Below, piece by piece: positions 58,001 to 64,000 of a stretch of 64,000 nucleotides of DNA. Source of the stretch: an uncultured Planctomycetota bacterium (lineage in GTDB: Bacteria > Planctomycetota > Planctomycetia > Isosphaerales > Isosphaeraceae); NCBI GenBank assembly GCA_963845755.1, contig CAWJTV010000034.1:160001-224000 (forward strand), in the 5' to 3' direction. Numbering within the stretch: the stretch's first letter is position 1; each line of letters starts with the position of its first letter. A program made the position numbers and the translations under genes. The notes under the pieces are model-generated. The model was not told the origin of the DNA. It did no database searches and saw only the letters and a program-made list of their open reading frames with translations.

Positions 58001-61000
58001 GACGTTCCAGCCCGCGAAGTCACCATACGCGGCCGGAAATCGGCGGTCGCTCTGGTGGCCGGCGACTTCACCGGCGACGGCCACCTCGACCTGGCCGTCG
58101 CCAACGAAGGCCGACAACACGGTGTCGGTGCTGCTGGGCAACGGCGACGGCACGTTCCAGCCCCAGGTCACCTACGCGGTCGGGTCGGCACCCGACCGCG
58201 CATCGTGGCGGGCGACTTCACCGGCGACGGACATCCTCGACCTGGCCGTCCTGAACCAACTGATCCCGGCAACAGCAGCGTGTCGGTGCTGCTGGGCAAC
58301 GGCGACGGGACGTTCCAGCCCCAGGTCACGTACGCGGTCGGGGCGTACCCACGACGCGATCGTGGCGGGCGACTTCACCGGCGACGGCCACGCTCGACCT
58401 GGCCGTCGCCAACTACGTCACGAACAGCGTGTCGGTGCTTGCTGGGCACCGGCGACGGCACGTTCGTCGGCGCCGGGCCAGCTCGCCACCACACCGTATG
58501 CCACGCCCCTGGTGGCCGACGTCAACGGCGACGGCACCGACGATGTCCTGGTCGTCGACGGGGCCGGGCGATATCCTCTATCGCCAGGGCATCCCCGGCC
58601 AGCCCGGCTCCTTCCTCCCGCCCGTGACGGTCAACCCCGGAATCCCTCGCGCGACATCGCCTGGGTGCCTGACACCATGGATCGGCCCGTTGCTCGCCAG
58701 CGTCGACGCCCAGGACAACGCCATCTCGCTCTACGCCTACCGCGACGGCAGCTTCGTCCGGGTGGCGGTCGCTCACCACCGGCCAGCTCCCGGCGCAGAT
58801 CATCGCGGCCGACCTCAACGGCAACGGCTTGGACGACCTGGTCGTCCGCAATGCCGGCGACGGCACGCTGTCGGTCTTCTTCAACAACCAGCTCGGCAGC
58901 TTCCTCGACCGGCTTCGATCAGCCCTTCTTGCCGCCGTTGACGATCTCCGTGGGCCTGGGCGTCTCCGACGTCCAGGCGATCAGCACCAACGCCGATGGC
59001 CACCTCGACCTGGTGGTGACCAACACGCTGACCGGCCAGGTGAGCGTCCTGTACAACGACGGCGACGACCGATTCGCGGCCCTCGGTCCCTATCGCGCCG
59101 GGACCGGCTTGTCCGCGGTCGATCCCGGCAGCACGCCCGAGGTCACCAGCCTGGAAGCGACGGCGGGCGTGGCGGCCGGACCGCTCACGCCCGGTGGTCC
59201 GAACGACCTGGTGACGATCAACCCCGGGCTCCGACACGCTCGACGTGCTCGCGGGCCTGGGCGGACGGCCGGTTCGCCAATCCCGTGACCATCGATACCC
59301 CGAGCCCCGCCGAGGTGGTCCGCGTGGCCGACTTCAACGGCGACGGCATCGACGACCTGGCCGTGCTCACCGCCAACGGCGTGAGCATTTATCTCGGCAA
59401 CGGCAAGGGCGGCTTCTCGCCCCCGGTGACCTACGACGCCGGCGTCGACCCCACCGGCTTGACCGTCGCCGACCTCCTGGGCAACGGCCAGCTCGACCTC
59501 CTGGTCGGCAACGCCTATGGCGACGTGCTGATCCTCGTCGGCAACGGCGACGGCACCTTCCGGCCCTTCGAGCCGGTGAAGTCGGCCATCGCCCTGGCCG
59601 TCGCCGACCTCACCGGCAACGGCGCCCTCGACTTCGTCTTCGCCGACCAGTCGCTCAATCAGGTCACGGTCGTCTATGGCTCTCCGGACCAGAGCTCCAC
59701 GAACTCCCAGGTCATCGGCAACCAGGCCACGGGCATCCTCGCGCCGGGCGCCGTGCTGCTGGGCGACCTGAACGGCGACGGCATCCCCGACCTGGTCGTC
59801 GCCAATAGCGGCGGCAACAACGTGCTGCGTCTACCCCGGACTGGGCAACGGCCAGTTCGGCCCGCCGATCAACGGCACCCAGGGCTTCCCCGTCGGCACC
59901 GACCCGACCGGCCTGGCGGTCGCCGACCTCAACGGCCAGCCCGACCTGCTGGTCGCCGACACCGGCTCCAACGACGTCTCGGTGTTGCTGGGCCAGGGCA
60001 GCGGGTCGAGCTGGACGATGATCCCGGGTGCGCGGGTCCAGACCGACGCCGGACCGGTCGCCCTGGCCGTGGGCAACCTGCTGGGCGGCGAATCAGACCG
60101 ACCTGGCCGTGGCCAACAGCGGGGCCGATAACGTCCAGATCTTCCCCGGCGTCGGCGGCGGGTTCTTCAACGACCAGACGTCGGCGACCAAGACCTATGC
60201 CGTCGGCCAGGCGCCGTCCTCGCTGTTCCTGGGCAATTTCAACGGGCTCGGCCAGGGACTGGCCACGCTCAACGCCGGCTCGAATGACGGCACGTTGATC
60301 TCGAACCTGGATGCGGCCAACCCGGTGACCCAGACGTTCGCGACCGGCGGCGATTCGCCGACGTCCGGCTTTGCCGGCGACTTCACCGGCAACGGGTTCA
60401 CCGACCTGGTGGTGGGCAACAACGGCGACGGCCATCTGGCGCTCTTGCTGGGCGGGTCCGGCGGGCTGTCGCTGTCGCAAACCCTGGTCAGCCCCGAGGC
60501 CCCCAATCCCACCAGCCTGAGCTTCGCCGGGGTCTCCGACGGGCAACTGAGCTTCTACGTCAGCACGGCGGGCCACGAGGCGGCCATGAACCTGGCGTTC
60601 AACCTCGATGGCGACACGGGCGGCTCGGAGCCCGGCTCGCCCGTCGTGGCTGTATCGCCGACCGGCGAATCGTCGCCCTCGGCCGTGCTGAGTCAGGCGA
60701 CGACCGGCTCGGTGCAGCAGGTCTCGCAGCTCTTGAGCCTCTCGGGCACGACCCTGGACCTGGCCGCCACCTTGCTGACGGTGTCGGTGGTCTCGGGCGA
60801 ACTTCGAGAGTGAATCGAGCGGCGGGAGCTCCTCGGTGGGGACGAGCGGGTTCGGCCAGCCGGTGGTCCAGGCCAGGGGCAACAGCGGCTCGAACGGCTC
60901 GGGAGTGGAACCGACGAAGGAAGACGAGCCCGGCGCGGCGGGGCTGCCGGCCCTCATCGAGACACTGCCGGCCTGGGAGACGATATCGATCGGGTTGGAT

Positions 61001-61418
61001 CGGGCCTGGGACAAGGCACGGGCCGCGATCATCGAGCTCGAAAGCCAGAAACCGGCCGCGAGCGATTCGAAGCCGTCGGCTCGGCCCGCCGTCAACCCCA
61101 GGGCCGAGCGGACCGTCCCGGCGCCGAGCCAGCCTGGCATGACGGCCTGGGAACAGAATCGCGGCCTTCGACGCCGCCCTGGAAGACCTGGACGACCAAC
61201 AACCGAGCGAGCCGCCAGTGGAGGATCCCGCCCGTGAACTCTCCAACGGTTCGATCGAGAACGAGCCGGCTGGCCGGCTGCGAGTGCTGGTTGGACTGGC
61301 CGTGTCGTCCGCGGCGGTCGGCGCAGTGGGCATGCCCGTCTCCCGGTGGCTCCGACGACGACGTTCCTCCACGACCGGTCGTTACTCCACCAACCTGGTA
61401 CAGGGCTCACACATTTGA
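52053..61418 (+). CDS. Giant (~3100 aa) LEPR-XLL surface protein: beta-helix, Ig-like, FG-GAP propeller, C-terminal hydrophobic anchor; many frameshifts
   Basis: RPRLEWMEDRTLLS; GGGLxN repeats; DQRGLPR..IGAFES; VSIAVSPA..TATGTYADGS (Big_2-like); DSGPGSLRQAI twice; GNFIGTD repeats; about 25 FG-GAP units; LVGLAVSSAAVGAVG..RWLRRRR tail. Confidence 0.8.
56385..58470 (+). repeat. 14 near-identical ~150-nt coding repeats (FG-GAP)
   Basis: Unit AIVAGDFTGDGHLDLAVAN-var-VSVLLGNGDGTFQPQVTYAVG-var; cores at about 56390, 56538, 56686, 56843, 56987, 57140, 57290, 57447, 57598, 57757, 57905, 58057, 58207 and 58363. Confidence 0.9.
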
Positions 61419-61540
61419 TAGAGTTAACGCCAGCGTGGGTGTGTGGACGCCTCCCGGCCGTGTCCGGAGTCCGACCGCGATCGCCGCGGTCGCGAGGCCC
61501 GGGTCGCTTTCGCACCGCGCCTGACGCGAATGGGGCGGCG

Positions 61541-62140
61541 ATGCCCAGCAAGCCCGGACCAGAGACCTCCCTCACCTTGATCGAGAGGGTCCAGAAGTTT
61601 CCCGCCGATGGGGAAGCCTGGGACGAGTTCGTCCGTCGTTATCATCCCATGATCCGTGCGTGGTGCGTGAAATGGGGCCTGCAAGCCTCGGACGCCGACG
61701 ACGTGGCGCAGGATGTCCTGGTCAAGCTGATCACGGCGATGCGGAACTTCCGATACGATCCCTCCCGGAGCTTCCACGCCTGGCTCAAGACCGTGACCCA
61801 TCACGCCCTGAATGACTTCCATGGCGACCGGAACAAGGAGCCCGGCCAGATCGCACAAGAGCTGTCGATCGCCGACCTGGTCGAAGCCCGCGACGATCTC
61901 GAACGGGAGCTGGAAAGCCTCTTCGATCGCGACCTTTTCCAGATGGCCATGCACCGGGTCCAGAAACGCGTCAAGCCCGTCACCTGGGATGCCTTCCGCC
62001 TCATGGCGCTGGAAGGTCTCTCCGGACAGCAAGCTGGCGAGCGTTTGCAGATCCCCGTCGCGCATGTCTTCGTGGCCAAGAACCGCGTCCAGAAACTCCT
62101 TCAGGAAGAGATCAAGATCATGAAACGGCACGACGACTAA
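61541..62140 (+). CDS. ECF sigma-70 factor of the planctomycete kinase-associated type
   Basis: TSLTLIERV..EAWDEFVRRY, DADDVAQDV, SRSFHAWLKTV, TWDAFRL..VFVAKNRVQKLL. Confidence 0.9.
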   Translation: MPSKPGPETSLTLIERVQKFPADGEAWDEFVRRYHPMIRAWCVKWGLQASDADDVAQDVLVKLITAMRNFRYDPSRSFHAWLKTVTHHALNDFHGDRNKEPGQIAQELSIADLVEARDDLERELESLFDRDLFQMAMHRVQKRVKPVTWDAFRLMALEGLSGQQAGERLQIPVAHVFVAKNRVQKLLQEEIKIMKRHDD

Positions 62141-62229
62141 GAGTGGCGACTCCTTCACCATCACCGCGAGACACGAGTAGAATGGTTGTGAATGAACTGG
62201 GACGGCTCGAATCCTCAGAGGTGCCGACG

Positions 62230-63675
62230 ATGAACTCACGGATTCCTCATCGCGTGACCCCGATGACCCGCCGCGACTGGCTGCTCGGCGCCGGCGCCGG
62301 GTTCGGTGCGTTGGCCCTGACCGATCTGCTGGCGTCCGAAGCGGCGGCTGGATCGGAGTCAACCTCCCCATCGTCGGTCGTCGCAAATGCCTCATGGCGT
62401 CAGCCCGCGACGGCCCGGAGCGTGATCTTCCTGTTCATGGAAGGCGGGCCGAGCCACATCGATACGTTCGACCCCAAGCCCGAGGTCAACCGGCTGGCCG
62501 GCCAGCCGCTGCCACCGAGCTTCAAGCCGGTCATCACGCCCATGGGCGAGGGCCGTTCGCCGCTCCTGGCGTCGCATCGGAAGTGGAAGCAGCACGGCCA
62601 GAGCGGGATCTGGGTCTCCGACTGGCTGCCGCATATCGCCACCTGCGCCGATGACCTGGCGGTGATTCGCTCATGCTGGTCGAACGGGTTGAACCATGTC
62701 GGCGGCGTCTGCCAGATGAACACCGGCTCGACCCTGGCCGGCCGGCCCTCGCTGGGGAGCTGGGTGACCTACGGCCTGGGCACGGAGAACGCGAACCTGC
62801 CCGGGTTCCTCGTCATGCAAGACTTCCCGCGCTCCACGGTGGCCGGCGGTCCGCGGAACTGGGGCACGGGCTTCATGCCGGCGGTCTACCAGGGGACGCG
62901 CCTGGAGGGCGGCGCCGAGCCGATCGCCAACCTGCGAACGCCCGCCGACGTCGGCGGGGCGCGGCAGCGGGGCAAGCTCGACCTGCTCGATCGGCTCAAC
63001 CGCCGCCATCTCGAGTCCCGGTTCGACCAGTCCGAGCTCGACGCGCGGATCCGAAGCTACGAGCTGGCCTTCCGGATGCAGGCCGAGGCGCCCGAGGCCG
63101 TCGACCTGTCGAACGAGACCGCCGAGACCCGCTCCCTCTACGGCTTCGACGACCCGGCGGCCGAGACGACCGCCCGGCTCTGCTTGCTGGCCCGTCGGAT
63201 GGTCGAACGCGGCGTCCGGTTCATCCAGATCTACTGCGGCGCCGGCAGCAAGTGGGACGCGCACAGCGAGATCGAGCCGAACCACGCCAGGACCTGTCGC
63301 GCGATGGACCAGCCCGTCGCCGGGCTGTTGAAAGACCTCAAGCGCCGGGGCCTGCTCGACCAGACCCTGGTCGTCTGGGGTGGCGAGTTCGGCCGCACGC
63401 CGATGTCCGAGAAGGGCAACGGCCGCGATCACAACCCGTATGGCTTCACCATGTGGATGGCCGGCGGGGGCGCTGGAAGCGGCATCGTCGTCGGCAAGAC
63501 CGACGAGCTCGGCCTGCACGCGATCGAAGACCGGCTCCACGTCCACGATATCCATGCGACGATCCTCCATGCATTGGGCGTGGATCACTCCAAGCTCATC
63601 TATCGCCACCAGGGCCGGCCTGAACGACCGACCGTCAATGAGGGCCAGCCCTTCCTCCGTCTCTTCAACTCGTAG
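62230..63675 (+). CDS. DUF1501 family protein, Tat signal
   Basis: TRRDWL; SVIFLFMEGGPSHIDTFDPKP, GRPSLGSWVTYGLG, YELAFRMQ, WGGEFGRTP, GRDHNP, HDIHATILH. Confidence 0.95.
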   Translation: MNSRIPHRVTPMTRRDWLLGAGAGFGALALTDLLASEAAAGSESTSPSSVVANASWRQPATARSVIFLFMEGGPSHIDTFDPKPEVNRLAGQPLPPSFKPVITPMGEGRSPLLASHRKWKQHGQSGIWVSDWLPHIATCADDLAVIRSCWSNGLNHVGGVCQMNTGSTLAGRPSLGSWVTYGLGTENANLPGFLVMQDFPRSTVAGGPRNWGTGFMPAVYQGTRLEGGAEPIANLRTPADVGGARQRGKLDLLDRLNRRHLESRFDQSELDARIRSYELAFRMQAEAPEAVDLSNETAETRSLYGFDDPAAETTARLCLLARRMVERGVRFIQIYCGAGSKWDAHSEIEPNHARTCRAMDQPVAGLLKDLKRRGLLDQTLVVWGGEFGRTPMSEKGNGRDHNPYGFTMWMAGGGAGSGIVVGKTDELGLHAIEDRLHVHDIHATILHALGVDHSKLIYRHQGRPERPTVNEGQPFLRLFNS

Positions 63676-64000
63676 ACGGTCATGCCATCAACACTCCACA
63701 CAGCTCGCCAATCGGATGCGTTCGATTGATCGTGCGAGCGGCCAGGATCTCGATCCACGTGACGTCGAATGTCTCGTTGCATCTTGCCTATTCCCTTCTT
63801 ATGGAACATCCGGATTAATCCTTAAGTTTGGCCAGGGGAATTCCGAAAACCGATGATGGAGGGGAGATTGGGCCGAGCCTATCCTGGCATGGTCCGGCGT
63901 AACATCAGGGGGGGCCGGATGGTCTGGAGAAGCGAACCCTCGCTCGACGGTATGCGAGTCACGTCACTTTATCTCGCAGCAAGTGGGGGGAAGGATATGC

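Noticed and set aside
56385..58470. Repeat-spacer-like pattern resembling a CRISPR array
   Set aside because: Constant parts are long and encode FG-GAP motifs, variable parts are only ~10-25 nt, and no cas genes are present.
52053..61418. Diversity-generating retroelement acting on the giant gene
   Set aside because: No reverse transcriptase in the window, no template/variable repeat pair, and the differences are not adenine-specific.
42250..62229. Prophage or integrative element with att sites
   Set aside because: No integrase, phage or conjugation genes; only weak similarity between the junction sequences.

Overview
High-GC window whose gene content (DUF1559, PSD1/DUF1553, DUF1501, DUF4058, PVC-type heme protein, LEPR-XLL proteins) points to a planctomycete, probably Isosphaeraceae-like; this is recognition from memory, not a database search. 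It holds about 35 protein genes, and I saw no rRNA, tRNA or CRISPR. At least 12 genes are split by small frameshifts, most simply explained as uncorrected long-read indels. 0-38 kb is mostly periplasmic catabolic and housekeeping genes, plus a BrnT-like/XRE toxin-antitoxin pair, an RsmB-fold protein lacking both catalytic cysteines, an IS1182 remnant and a structured 1.3-kb intergenic region. The 42-62 kb block lies between a PSD1 gene and a DUF1501 gene. It carries two ECF sigma modules, each next to a LEPR-XLL exported protein, a zinc-finger/Ser-Thr kinase/TPR receptor, and a ~9.4-kb surface-protein gene. That gene contains 14 near-identical ~150-nt FG-GAP units that differ almost only in two short loops. 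This giant protein/ECF/kinase set is my best candidate for an undescribed system. Several MITE/REP-like elements occur, some supplying the 3' ends of genes.
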